Positions 45,234-54,117 of a DNA stretch of 64,000 nucleotides are shown here, piece after piece. The stretch comes from a candidate division FCPU426 bacterium. Lineage in GTDB: Bacteria; Oederibacteriota; JAAXVQ01; JAUVAV01. The first letter of the stretch is position 1; every line of letters begins with the position of its first letter. The notes below the pieces were generated by a model. It searched no databases and was not told the DNA's origin. It saw nothing but the letters and a program-made list of their open reading frames with translations. The DNA is taken from NCBI GenBank assembly GCA_030591525.1, contig JAUVAV010000004.1, positions 3,307 through 67,306 on the forward strand, given 5' to 3'. The position numbers and the translations under genes were made by a program.

Positions 45234-45422
45234 GGAGCTTGAGCATTTAGACCATAATTCAAGTATTCCCCTCCCTTTTTGCGGCCTGTCCTGGCTGATT
45301 TAGGCCAGGGGAGGGGATAAAGGGGAGGGTGATAAAAGTCTTTAAAATCGTACGCTCAACTAATCTTTCCCCTCAAGGGAGGGGTATTATTTATATAAAA
45401 ATCGACTAAATGCTCAAGCTCC
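45234..45422. repeat. TIR-bounded MITE-like element (GGAGCTTGAGCATTTAGACC ... CGACTAAATGCTCAAGCTCC).
   Basis: It has 19-bp terminal inverted repeats around a 150-bp Gly-codon-like G-rich core (aggggaggggataaaggggagggtg). Solo termini of the same family occur at 9522-9544, 10064-10096, 12492-12526 and 49184-49224. Confidence 0.55.
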
Positions 45423-45507
45423 TTCGGGCGGCCACGGGGGACCGCCCCTACAAAAACCAATATGACCAACACACAATACATTTTAAAGGTTATCTTAAAT
45501 CCAATAA

Positions 45508-46416
45508 TTATGGGGTTTTTTTCAGGGATTCCAGGAAATCATAGGGATCAACTTTAATGCCATTAACATTTATTTGAAAATGAAGGTGATTCCCGGTCGA
45601 AGAACCCGTAGTGCCCACCTCCCCGATAATCCCGCCTCGCTTAACCATCTCGCCGTTTCTCACCAAAAGCTTTCGGAGATGCAAATATGTAGTGATTACT
45701 CCATAACCATGATCTATAAGCACACTATTGCCATGAGCGGTAAATGGCTCGGCTAAAACAACGCAGCCATCGGCCGGTACAATTATGGGTGTTCCTCCCA
45801 AAACCGCAATATCTATTCCTCCGTGAAACCAGGATTTCATTCCCTGGTTGTAAATGCGCTTCACGCCGAAAATTTCAGTAATTCTTCCCTTGACAGGCCA
45901 TATAAAAGGCGTCAGTCGCGGACCTGCGCCGGTTCCCGCCTGCTTCCGTACCGCGGCCATACGTGCTGATTCGGTCGCGAAATCATATTTTCCAAATCCC
46001 CTGATACTCAGGCGGACAGTTTTAAAAGGCTGCCGGGGCAGAACCTGTATGGCAATATTTATGGTCCGGATTTTTTGACCTTGGTGTGAAAAGGCGTTTA
46101 TAGTCACAGTCCCAGGACCAGGCAGCGTGTCCAAAGGTACGCCTAAAAAACCTTCATAGCATGTTGGCTCGTTGCTGACCGGGAGTAAGCGCGTGGTTTG
46201 GCCCCAGGCTTGCGCTATCAGGGTTAATTGGCAATCCGGGGAATCGGCATTAACTCTTAAAACATGGCCGGGTTCCATCTCTTGCTTGGAAACCCGCAGC
46301 TTGATCTCAGGAGGCAATATCCGTATGACGGTTCGAGGCGCGCAGGCGGCAAGACTGCATAAAATCAATGCAGGGATTAATATTTTGATAAGAAAATTAC
46401 TTCGCAAACAGGACAA
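45508..46416 (-). CDS. M23-family (LytM-like) metalloendopeptidase, secreted.
   Basis: It contains HGGIDIAV...GNSVLIDHGYGVITTYLHL...GTTGSSTGNHLHFQINVNG, i.e. the HxxxD and HxH zinc motifs. Confidence 0.8.
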   Translation of the reverse strand: MSCLRSNFLIKILIPALILCSLAACAPRTVIRILPPEIKLRVSKQEMEPGHVLRVNADSPDCQLTLIAQAWGQTTRLLPVSNEPTCYEGFLGVPLDTLPGPGTVTINAFSHQGQKIRTINIAIQVLPRQPFKTVRLSIRGFGKYDFATESARMAAVRKQAGTGAGPRLTPFIWPVKGRITEIFGVKRIYNQGMKSWFHGGIDIAVLGGTPIIVPADGCVVLAEPFTAHGNSVLIDHGYGVITTYLHLRKLLVRNGEMVKRGGIIGEVGTTGSSTGNHLHFQINVNGIKVDPYDFLESLKKTP

Positions 46417-48985
46417 CCTCCACGCGGCGGTTCTTCGCCCGGGCAGCGCCGGTATCTTCCCGGGATAACGGCTGCTGGGAACCCCGGCCCACTGTCTGAA
46501 TTTTTTCCGGCGTGATTTCCCCCTGCTTCTTCATAAAATCAGCCACGGTTTGAGCCCGGGCACGTGAAAGCTCAACCTGCTTGCCATCGGATTCCAGGCT
46601 GTCGCAATGCCCGCTCACTATAAGATGAAAATCGGTTTTATACCGCCCCAGGGTATCCGTGGCCCGGGTTAAAGACCGTTGTGAAGCCCCATCCAGGTCC
46701 GCGGCGCCGGATTTAAAAAGGACGCGAACCAAGTTAATAGATAGAGCCTTCTTGCCGGTATAAGCGCCAAGATCGCTCTGCAGGTCGGAAGACTCGGCAG
46801 AAGCTGTGGTACGCAGGCCGGATACCACGGTTAATACGGCACGGTAGATGTTACCACCCCCGACCGGTTTACCGTCCGAGCGGTCACCATCCCAAAGCAG
46901 ATTTTTAGGCGGAGATCCCTGACCATTGTATATCCTGATCGGCTTGGTCCGGCCTTGCCGCATGATTTTAAGCGTCCAACGCTTGATTGTCATGCTGCCT
47001 TGGACTTCAGGCCGCAGATTCACTCCTTGGCCCCCGCTTTTCTGCGGTTTAAAAAGTTGGTTCGCGGCCTTGAGACTTACGCTGAATGCGGTGTATTTTA
47101 TTCTGAACTTCACTGTAGATTCAGACTTCAAACCGACCTCATCCTGGTATTTCAACCTGGCACGGTACCGTCCGGCGGGCGCTGCCCTTCCTTTAACGCG
47201 CGGCGTCCATTTTAATTTCTGCGGAACTTCATCCCCTCCGCTTCTCTCATAAACTTTTTTTTGGCCTGGACTGAATATGGCAAAATTCCAGTTACGGCTT
47301 CCCCGGATTTCCGGAACTATAAATTTAAGTGGTTTGTCCTTTTGGGAGCCGGTAAGCATAACTGATTCGGGTCCGGAAATGCTTACTTTCCGGGCCTTGG
47401 TTTTAATCTCTACCGTCTGGGTAGCAGCGCCAATTTCCATACCATGTCTGTCTATAATGCGCAACAAAACCTGGTAGGCCCCATCGGGTAAAATCCGGCC
47501 CTGCTGGTCTTTGCCGTCCCATTCCAGGTTGCGCGGCAGGCGTGTGCCTCCCTCATAGGTCCAGGCAATCCGCCCCTCGCGGACAACATTCAATACCCAG
47601 CGCGAAACACGAAGTTTTTCCGAGGCCAGCCTTCCCACAAAAATGGTCTTGTCCTGACGACCGTCGTTATTGGGCGAGAAAGGATTGACGACCACATGCA
47701 AACGCAAATCCTGATTTACCAGGTTAAAACCTCCCAAATCGCCTTGCCCTCCGGAAAAATAGCCCGAAAAAATGGCCGGCATCTCCGGAACAGCTCCGAA
47801 GGACACGCTTTCCCGGTCGGCCGGTCCTTCCGGAATCGGCAAGCTGCTATAATAATTGTCCGTGGCCCCTTCCTCTTCAACCAACTCCCGGGTTTTCGGC
47901 GTTGCGGCGGGCATTGGCCGAACCTCCTCCTCTGCTCCAATTTCTTCCCACATTTCCGCCGCAGATTCCAGCGCCGAAAAAAGTTTTGATAATTCTACCT
48001 CTTCCGGCTCCGGCGTAGGAGAAACCCGGAGTTTGGGAGCAGACTCTTTTTTAGAAATTTCTTTTTTTTCTTCTCTCTGGAATCCCCAAGATACGCTGAG
48101 TTGATGGAAGGCGTCCGAAAAATAAACCGGAAGCTGCAGGGCATAATCCAATCGCAAATCACCGAATATCACGCCCAGACCCGCGGTGATCAAACCACTC
48201 TGATCCAGACGCTGCAAATAACCCAACCGTGCAGCCAGTTCGTCAATTCCTTCCGCATGAAATATTTGTTCCCAACCGGCACGGAAAACCCGGAAAGAAT
48301 CAAAATTCGGGTTTCTGCTTTCCTGGGCATCAAAACCTATGGTCAACAACTGCCGGGCGGAGAGATTAAAGGCCGCCCCGAAACGGAAAACATTGGGAAG
48401 AGAAATTTCCAGCCCCGGGCTTTTCAGCACGGTTTGGGCGTCCAGCATGGAGACACCGAAACGCATCGCCGTCCCCTGGGAAGCGGTGAAAACATCATAC
48501 ATCAATCCGATGTCCATCCCGCCGCCGGCCAGGGTCCCGGTTAAACCAGGAATTGCCTGACGCAGGTATTTACCGGTAATCCCCGCCATAAATTTTTTGT
48601 TACGCGAGATGGGAAAAGCTGCGGAAAACAGATACGCATCAAAATCGTCCCGGGATCCCCGGGGATAATTCAGTTTCAACCAACCTATACCGGTTACTAT
48701 TTCGGCCGGCAGCGGAACCGCGCCCGCCGCATAAAACTGTCTTAGATCACCCAGATCCTGATTGCCTATTCCAACAGCTAATTCCGGCCAGCTGAGATAA
48801 AACAGGGCGGCCGGATTGCTAAATACCGACTCCGCACTACCCGGCAGCGCTATGCCGGCACCGCCCAGGGCAGATACACGGGCTCCCAGACGTGCCGATT
48901 GGACCAAGGGTTCCCGCGCGGCACGAACCGGTTGGACAAACATTATCAAACAGCAGATTATGATAAACGCCTTGGTCAGGCGCAC
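46397..48985 (-). CDS. Second large OmpA-family outer-membrane protein, a paralog of 38832-41051, with an N-terminal barrel, FlgD-Ig-like repeats and a C-terminal OmpA domain.
   Basis: It has a signal peptide, ARVSALGGAGIALPGSAESVFSNPAAL, the repeats LEWDGKDQQGRILPDGAYQVLL and LLWDGDRSDGKPVGGGNIYRAVL, and the OmpA tail ...NRRVEVVLFAK. Confidence 0.65.
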   Translation of the reverse strand: MRLTKAFIIICCLIMFVQPVRAAREPLVQSARLGARVSALGGAGIALPGSAESVFSNPAALFYLSWPELAVGIGNQDLGDLRQFYAAGAVPLPAEIVTGIGWLKLNYPRGSRDDFDAYLFSAAFPISRNKKFMAGITGKYLRQAIPGLTGTLAGGGMDIGLMYDVFTASQGTAMRFGVSMLDAQTVLKSPGLEISLPNVFRFGAAFNLSARQLLTIGFDAQESRNPNFDSFRVFRAGWEQIFHAEGIDELAARLGYLQRLDQSGLITAGLGVIFGDLRLDYALQLPVYFSDAFHQLSVSWGFQREEKKEISKKESAPKLRVSPTPEPEEVELSKLFSALESAAEMWEEIGAEEEVRPMPAATPKTRELVEEEGATDNYYSSLPIPEGPADRESVSFGAVPEMPAIFSGYFSGGQGDLGGFNLVNQDLRLHVVVNPFSPNNDGRQDKTIFVGRLASEKLRVSRWVLNVVREGRIAWTYEGGTRLPRNLEWDGKDQQGRILPDGAYQVLLRIIDRHGMEIGAATQTVEIKTKARKVSISGPESVMLTGSQKDKPLKFIVPEIRGSRNWNFAIFSPGQKKVYERSGGDEVPQKLKWTPRVKGRAAPAGRYRARLKYQDEVGLKSESTVKFRIKYTAFSVSLKAANQLFKPQKSGGQGVNLRPEVQGSMTIKRWTLKIMRQGRTKPIRIYNGQGSPPKNLLWDGDRSDGKPVGGGNIYRAVLTVVSGLRTTASAESSDLQSDLGAYTGKKALSINLVRVLFKSGAADLDGASQRSLTRATDTLGRYKTDFHLIVSGHCDSLESDGKQVELSRARAQTVADFMKKQGEITPEKIQTVGRGSQQPLSREDTGAARAKNRRVEVVLFAK

Positions 48986-49316
48986 TTATAACATCCCCCA
49001 AAGATATTTTATCATTTCTTTTTCAGATGCCGATATTTTCTGCGATGTTTTTTCCGCTTATGCGTTTTGATTTTCTTCAAATGACGTTTTTTACCACAAG
49101 CCACAATATTTCCTCCTTCCGCACTATTATATTCATATTATATCAAAATATTTTTAAATACACAAGAGCCAGGTTTTTTCCCCAGGAGCTTGAGCATTTG
49201 GCCGTTTTTTTAGGTTGTCATTCCCGAATGTTTTTAAGATGAACGTCAATATTGTATTCCGCTCATCTCCATACTTGATCGGGAATCCAGAGGCTTTGAT
49301 TTTAAAGGAATTAATT

Positions 49317-49346
49317 GTAGGGGGCGGGTTTTAAACCCGCCCCTAC
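49317..49346. repeat. REP-like palindrome GTAGGGGGCGGGTTTTAAACCCGCCCCTAC.
   Basis: It was read directly. Confidence 0.65.
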
Positions 49347-49670
49347 TGTAATAAAGATATCAGCGGGTATGACAAAACCGACTAAATGCACATCCTCCAG
49401 AACCTAAATTAAATTCCACCTAAAAAAGAAAAACCCCATTGGTTTATGGAAAAATAAGTCATCCCACACCCAGGGGAAACTTAACCAATGGAGTAATACT
49501 ACTATGACATAAGGTTTGCTTCCTAGCAAGCTCGAAAATCCAGTAACTACCCCGCTCCTTGTTTCCGGCGGCCCCCATTCGGCGCCCGGGCGGTCCGACA
49601 AAACCAACGACCCTGGAAGCCAATTCTGCTGCTTTTTCAGCGCTTCCTAAATTTAAACCATCATCCGGCG

Positions 49671-50096
49671 TCAGGTTCTTTTCCCTCCCCGGACTTTCAT
49701 ACACTTGGCCCGGGCCGCGGCGATTAAAGTTCCATCAGCCAGTCTTACTTCTCCCTTAATACGCACCAGACGACCCCTCGGCTCGCCGTCGTAGCAAGCG
49801 GTAATTATCAGGAGCTGCTCTACCGGGGCCGGATGGTAAAGACGCAGAGTAAGTTCAGCGGTTACTACCAGCAACTTACTGCGCAACCAGGGCAAATTCA
49901 CGATCACCTCGTCCAGCAGCAGGCCGATAAAACCGCCATGTACTACATCTTTAAAACTTTGATATATTTTCCCCGGAACATATTCGCACCGCAATCCCTG
50001 CTCGCCTTCCGGCGTAAATTGCAGGTGCAGGCCCGCCGGATTTTTAGTTCCGCAGGCAAAACACATTTGATCGTCTTCCCATAGTCTTTCCGGCAT
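49671..50096 (-). CDS. PaaI/hotdog-fold thioesterase.
   Basis: It contains CFACGTKNPAGLHLQF...VHGGFIGLLLDEV, the PaaI-family signature. Confidence 0.65.
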   Translation of the reverse strand: MPERLWEDDQMCFACGTKNPAGLHLQFTPEGEQGLRCEYVPGKIYQSFKDVVHGGFIGLLLDEVIVNLPWLRSKLLVVTAELTLRLYHPAPVEQLLIITACYDGEPRGRLVRIKGEVRLADGTLIAAARAKCMKVRGGKRT

Positions 50097-50112
50097 AAGT
50101 ATCTCCCTCAGT

Positions 50113-50808
50113 TTATCTGATTTTTCTTATAAAATTCTTTACTGCCTCTTCCTCAGTAAAATCCTCAATAGTCAGATCCGGTTGGTATTTCATAAGTTCG
50201 GCTTGAGAGAAAGGGCCCGTGGCCACTGCCAGGGTCCGGGCGCCAATGGCCCGGCCGGCATTAATATCATGCGGAGTATCGCCGACTACGATTATTCGTT
50301 CCGCCGGTATCCGTGCGCCCACCAGGTTCCCGGCCTTGGCAACTCCGATACTAAGAAGTTCGGACCGTTCCCTGGCATCAGAACCAAAGCCGCCGAATGG
50401 GAAAAACCGGTTCAGACCTGCCGGTTCAAGCTTTAAGCGGGCGCCGGCTTCCAGGTTTCCGGTTCCCAGTCCCAGCATGACATTCGGAACGTCAACCTGT
50501 TCCTCCAGAAATGGTGTAATCCCCGGCATAACCTCATAATCCGCGATGCTCATCTCAGCTTCCAAGTGTTTCAAATAAAGTTCAAAAACCCTCTGCATTT
50601 CATCCGCCAGCATATCCGCACCGCGCTTTATCCGCGAGATCCGGTGGGCAATAATCGGATCTGTCAAACCGGCCGGTGAAATTTCAGCCAGGGCTTCTTG
50701 CCACCCCATAATCTCCAGGAAAGCCCGGTTCATGGCGCGGACGCCCGCGCCATGAGTACGGATCAGGGTCCCGTCCAGATCAAAAAGCCAGAGTATGGTT
50801 TCAGGCAT
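50113..50808 (-). CDS. HAD-superfamily hydrolase. The start was chosen at MPETILWLFDLDGTL, and the ORF track extends it to 51009.
   Basis: It has HAD motif I LFDLDGTL and motif IV VVGDTPHDINAG. Confidence 0.6.
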   Translation of the reverse strand: MPETILWLFDLDGTLIRTHGAGVRAMNRAFLEIMGWQEALAEISPAGLTDPIIAHRISRIKRGADMLADEMQRVFELYLKHLEAEMSIADYEVMPGITPFLEEQVDVPNVMLGLGTGNLEAGARLKLEPAGLNRFFPFGGFGSDARERSELLSIGVAKAGNLVGARIPAERIIVVGDTPHDINAGRAIGARTLAVATGPFSQAELMKYQPDLTIEDFTEEEAVKNFIRKIR

Positions 50809-50810
50809 TA

Positions 50811-51419
50811 TTATATATCCAGCCCGGCGTTCGGCTTTTGGCCGGCGCCTTCGGATTCCTTGATTTCCTCCTGAATTACCTTGATTAATGATCCGGCGGT
50901 TAAATAGCGCGGGTTCCAGCGTGAATATCCGCTGACCAGCATCAGCACTGCCAGCGGCACGGCCACGGGCCATAAGCGCTTCCAGACTCCCTCCGCGGCG
51001 GAACGCCACAAGGCCCAGGCCCCTACGGCCAGGTTGAGCGAGGATACTGCGACCAGACTTATGCGAGTACCCAGCAGGGGAATCAGAAGAAAGGTGGCGG
51101 CCAGCGATCCCCCAATAGCGCCCAAAGCATTAATCGCATAAACGCTGCCTACTCCTCCCCCGGCGCGGCCGGTGGAATAAATACCGGCCAGAAGGCTTCC
51201 TCCGGCCAACCCGCCCATAAAACCGGCCAAGGCGGCCGCTACGCCCAGAGAAGTACTGCCTAAAATAAGGGAAAGCAAACGCGTCCAAACCAGTTCGTAG
51301 ACCAGGCCTAAGGCGCCGGAAGCCGCCAGAATAGCGCCTAAAGCCGCAAGCTGTATCCACCAGAAGCAGTGGACTATTTTATTCCGGATTAGTTCCGGGT
51401 CAAAGTTAAATTTATCCAA
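50811..51419 (-). CDS. Membrane fragment resembling the N-terminal TM module of fused MFS/spermidine-synthase proteins, possibly a truncated gene.
   Basis: It contains GLVYELVWTRLLSLILGSTSLGVAAALAGFMGGLAGGSLLAG, the characteristic first helices of that family. No catalytic domain follows, and its 5' end overlaps the extended HAD ORF. Confidence 0.3.
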   Translation of the reverse strand: MDKFNFDPELIRNKIVHCFWWIQLAALGAILAASGALGLVYELVWTRLLSLILGSTSLGVAAALAGFMGGLAGGSLLAGIYSTGRAGGGVGSVYAINALGAIGGSLAATFLLIPLLGTRISLVAVSSLNLAVGAWALWRSAAEGVWKRLWPVAVPLAVLMLVSGYSRWNPRYLTAGSLIKVIQEEIKESEGAGQKPNAGLDI

Positions 51420-52458
51420 GAGGAGAGAATAAATCCCTTAAATTTTGATCATAAGGGGCGCGGATGACGCCTAATTCCGTTATGATGGCACTGATATATT
51501 TATGCGGGATAATATCAAAAGCGGGATTAAAAGCTTTAACTTTAGGCAGAGAAATCGGCCTGCCGTTTAAATTGGTAACTTCCTCCGGGCTGCGTTCTGT
51601 CAGAGAAATAAAGTCCTGATTAAAAGAAATCCTGTCAAAAACGCAAATTGGCGCGGTTATATAAAAAGGCAAATTATGATAATAGGCCAGCATTGCCAGC
51701 CCATAGCTCCCCATCGTTCCGACCGCATCTCCATTGAGAGCAATTCGGTCCGCTCCCACTATCACCACATTGATCAGGCCTTTTTGCATGAAATGGGCGG
51801 CCATATTATCCGTAATCAGATGAAAATCAATCCTGGCCTGTTTCATTTCCAGGGCCGTCAGACGCGCTCCCTGCAAACGGGGCCGGGTTTCGCACACCAA
51901 TACCCGTATGTTTTTTTTTCCTGCCAGGGATTCAGTAATCACGCCCAAAGGCCCCCCGGGACCGGCAACGGACAAGGCACCGGCATTTCCATAGGTCAAG
52001 ACCTGGTCGCCGTCCCGGAACATTTCCGCTCCCAAGCCGGAAATAATCTTATGGGCTTTTTCATCCTCCTTTAAAATGGAGACGGCTTCCCGCAGCAGCA
52101 TATCACGCAGCGTGGGCAGCTTATGATCACGGTTATTTCGGGCACAACGCTTCATTCGCTCCAAAGCCCAAAATAGGCTGACCGCCTCCGGCCGCGTCCG
52201 GCTCAATAAAACAACGGTTTTTTCAATCTGCGCCAGAAGCTTGGCATAGTTTTTTGCCAAAGGTGGTGTCTTAACTGCCAGGTAAACCCCAAAAGCCGCA
52301 GCAATGCCCGGTGCGGTCGCGCCCTGTATTTTCATAGTAGTAATAGCTTCCGCGATCTGCCGCGGATTCCGGCACTGAAGTTTTACTATTTTCTGAGGAA
52401 GCTTGTTCAGGTCAACAACAAAGAGTTTCTGCTGTTTCCACTCGATAGCTTTAAGCAT
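51412..52458 (-). CDS. mtnA: S-methyl-5-thioribose-1-phosphate isomerase (eIF-2B alpha/beta/delta family).
   Basis: It contains MKIQGATAPGIAAAFGVYLAV...GADRIALNGDAVGTMGSYGLAMLA and is 348 aa. Confidence 0.7.
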   Translation of the reverse strand: MLKAIEWKQQKLFVVDLNKLPQKIVKLQCRNPRQIAEAITTMKIQGATAPGIAAAFGVYLAVKTPPLAKNYAKLLAQIEKTVVLLSRTRPEAVSLFWALERMKRCARNNRDHKLPTLRDMLLREAVSILKEDEKAHKIISGLGAEMFRDGDQVLTYGNAGALSVAGPGGPLGVITESLAGKKNIRVLVCETRPRLQGARLTALEMKQARIDFHLITDNMAAHFMQKGLINVVIVGADRIALNGDAVGTMGSYGLAMLAYYHNLPFYITAPICVFDRISFNQDFISLTERSPEEVTNLNGRPISLPKVKAFNPAFDIIPHKYISAIITELGVIRAPYDQNLRDLFSPLG

Positions 52459-52483
52459 TAATTTCCTCCTTGGGTGGATGGGC

Positions 52484-53305
52484 TCAAATCCGGCGTACTA
52501 TTTCCTTCACCAGGCGGGTTAACATGGGTTCGGCCTGCATGGCGGCTTGAATAATGGCGCTGATATCCGCCGGCCCAAGCTGATCAGGCACACATCGATC
52601 AGTAACCACGCTGATTCCCAGGACCCGCATACCGGCATGCCGGGCCACGATGACTTCCGGAACTGTTGACATGCCGACACAATCCGCTCCTATAGTTTGA
52701 AGAAAACGGTATTCCGCCGCGGTCTCCAGATTAGGGCCGGTTAAAGCGGCATAAACGCCCCGATGAAGCAGTATTTTCTGTTCCCGGGCTATGTTTTGTG
52801 CCAGACCCTGTAATTTATCATCATACGCATTGTACATATCCGGATAGCGCGGACCAAGACGTTCGTCATTCTTTCCAATCAAGGGATTGCCATTTAGGAG
52901 ATTGATATGATCGCTCAAGAGCACCAGCTCACCGGGATAGTAATTCCGATTGATTCCTCCGCAGGCCGAAAAAACCATCAAGGTCTTAGCTCCCAGGTCG
53001 CGCATCACCCGTACCGGAAAAGTAATTTGCCGGTAATCATACCCTTCATAGCAGTGAAAGCGGCCTTGCATAGCCACTACGCGCCGTCCCATCAGGGTTC
53101 CGAGCAACAGCCGGCCGGCGTGAGTTTCGACGGTGGATAGCGGAAAATGCGGGATTTCCCGGTAAGGAACGGCCACCGCCTGTTTGATATCCTCGGCCAG
53201 CGCACCCAAACCCGTGCCCAGAATAATTGCCACCTCGGGTTTAAGCCGGGTATGCCGGCGTATGGCTTTTGATGCTTCTTTTACTTGATCATATAATTCT
53301 GTCAT
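52484..53305 (-). CDS. Purine nucleoside / 5'-methylthioadenosine phosphorylase (PNP family). The start was chosen at MTELYDQ with a GGAG RBS, and the ORF track extends it to 53431.
   Basis: It contains AIILGTGLGALAE...GRFHCYEGY...FSACGGIN...MSTVPEVIVARHAGMRVLGISVVTD. It is adjacent to mtnA, which suggests methionine-salvage MTAP. Confidence 0.65.
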   Translation of the reverse strand: MTELYDQVKEASKAIRRHTRLKPEVAIILGTGLGALAEDIKQAVAVPYREIPHFPLSTVETHAGRLLLGTLMGRRVVAMQGRFHCYEGYDYRQITFPVRVMRDLGAKTLMVFSACGGINRNYYPGELVLLSDHINLLNGNPLIGKNDERLGPRYPDMYNAYDDKLQGLAQNIAREQKILLHRGVYAALTGPNLETAAEYRFLQTIGADCVGMSTVPEVIVARHAGMRVLGISVVTDRCVPDQLGPADISAIIQAAMQAEPMLTRLVKEIVRRI

Positions 53306-53332
53306 GCTTTGCTCCGATAATTTTTTCCGTAG

Positions 53333-53507
53333 GCGCCGGACTTCCATGTCCGCCCGCATACGCGAGGTTAAATCCATGGGCCGGCATGGAAGCCGGCCCC
53401 TACAACTTCCAGAACAAGCAAGTGTGTACATTGTAGATGCGGACTTCCATGTCCGCCCGCATGCGCGAGGTTAAATCCGTGGGCCGGCATGGAAGCCGGC
53501 CCCTACG
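53333..53507. repeat. Two tandem ~75-bp copies of a two-hairpin unit (cggacTTCCATgtccg ... ggccggcATGGAAgccggcc-CCTAC).
   Basis: Copy 1 lies at 53333-53410 and copy 2 at 53437-53507, separated by 26 bp with 3 mismatches. Related inverted copies lie at 27454-27534 and 13440-13463. Confidence 0.65.
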
Positions 53508-53814
53508 AAAATGCATTCCCCAACCGCTCCTGCACCTCTTCCGCAGTTAGATTATCCACCCGTATCACTTTCCGCTGTGAAAATTCGCCCTTGATAATCT
53601 TTAAATTCCGGCGGGAAATACCGAGCCTATGGGCTAAATACTCAAGACATTCCCGGTTGGCCGCGCCGTTTTCCGGCTTTTTGGCCAATTTCATTTTAAG
53701 CGCTTTTTCCCAGGTACCTATAATTGCCGTGCTCCCGGCCCCGGGCTGAACCTTGACTTCAAATGTTGCTCCCCGGGATCCGGAAGAGACTTGAAAAGCC
53801 ATTTTTTCAGCCAA
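53503..53814 (-). CDS. DUF167 (YggU) family protein.
   Basis: It contains FEVKVQPGAGSTAIIG...LKMKLAKKPENGAANRE. Confidence 0.6.
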   Translation of the reverse strand: MAEKMAFQVSSGSRGATFEVKVQPGAGSTAIIGTWEKALKMKLAKKPENGAANRECLEYLAHRLGISRRNLKIIKGEFSQRKVIRVDNLTAEEVQERLGNAFS

Positions 53815-54112
53815 CCGGCTGATGCAGCATTCCCCAGTAGATCATGCCGCGAAATATGAAAGTTTTCATTAAAATCAGCAGTAAAATCGCGAGCCAAGGC
53901 GCAAAATCCATCTCCCGGTAAACTGTAGGCAACGTGCGCCTTAGTATGTCAACCGGCAGCGCAGCGACTTTAGTCAGCCAGTACCGGGCCGGACCGGGAG
54001 TCTTAGCGGCTGTGGTTATCCAGGAAAACAGGATATCAAGTAAAATAAGCATAATCCATATGATACTCAGTAGGTCTAAAATCCATCCACTGGTAATTAG
54101 CATCCAAGCCAT
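53807..54112 (-). CDS. YggT-family membrane protein.
   Basis: It is a small two-TM protein in the conserved position between proC and DUF167. Confidence 0.55.
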   Translation of the reverse strand: MAWMLITSGWILDLLSIIWIMLILLDILFSWITTAAKTPGPARYWLTKVAALPVDILRRTLPTVYREMDFAPWLAILLLILMKTFIFRGMIYWGMLHQPVG

Positions 54113-54117
54113 ATTAA

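Noticed and set aside
49400-49670. Possible structured ncRNA (G/C-rich ggcggcccccattcggcgcccgggcggtcc) upstream of the thioesterase gene.
   Set aside because: I could not match it to SRP, RNase P, tmRNA or 6S consensus features by eye. It is left unannotated.
53333-53507. Possible CRISPR array, suggested by repeated ~75-bp units.
   Set aside because: There are only two copies, the 'spacer' is 26 bp, the units are 75 bp with internal hairpins, and no cas genes are present. They belong to the REP-like hairpin family.
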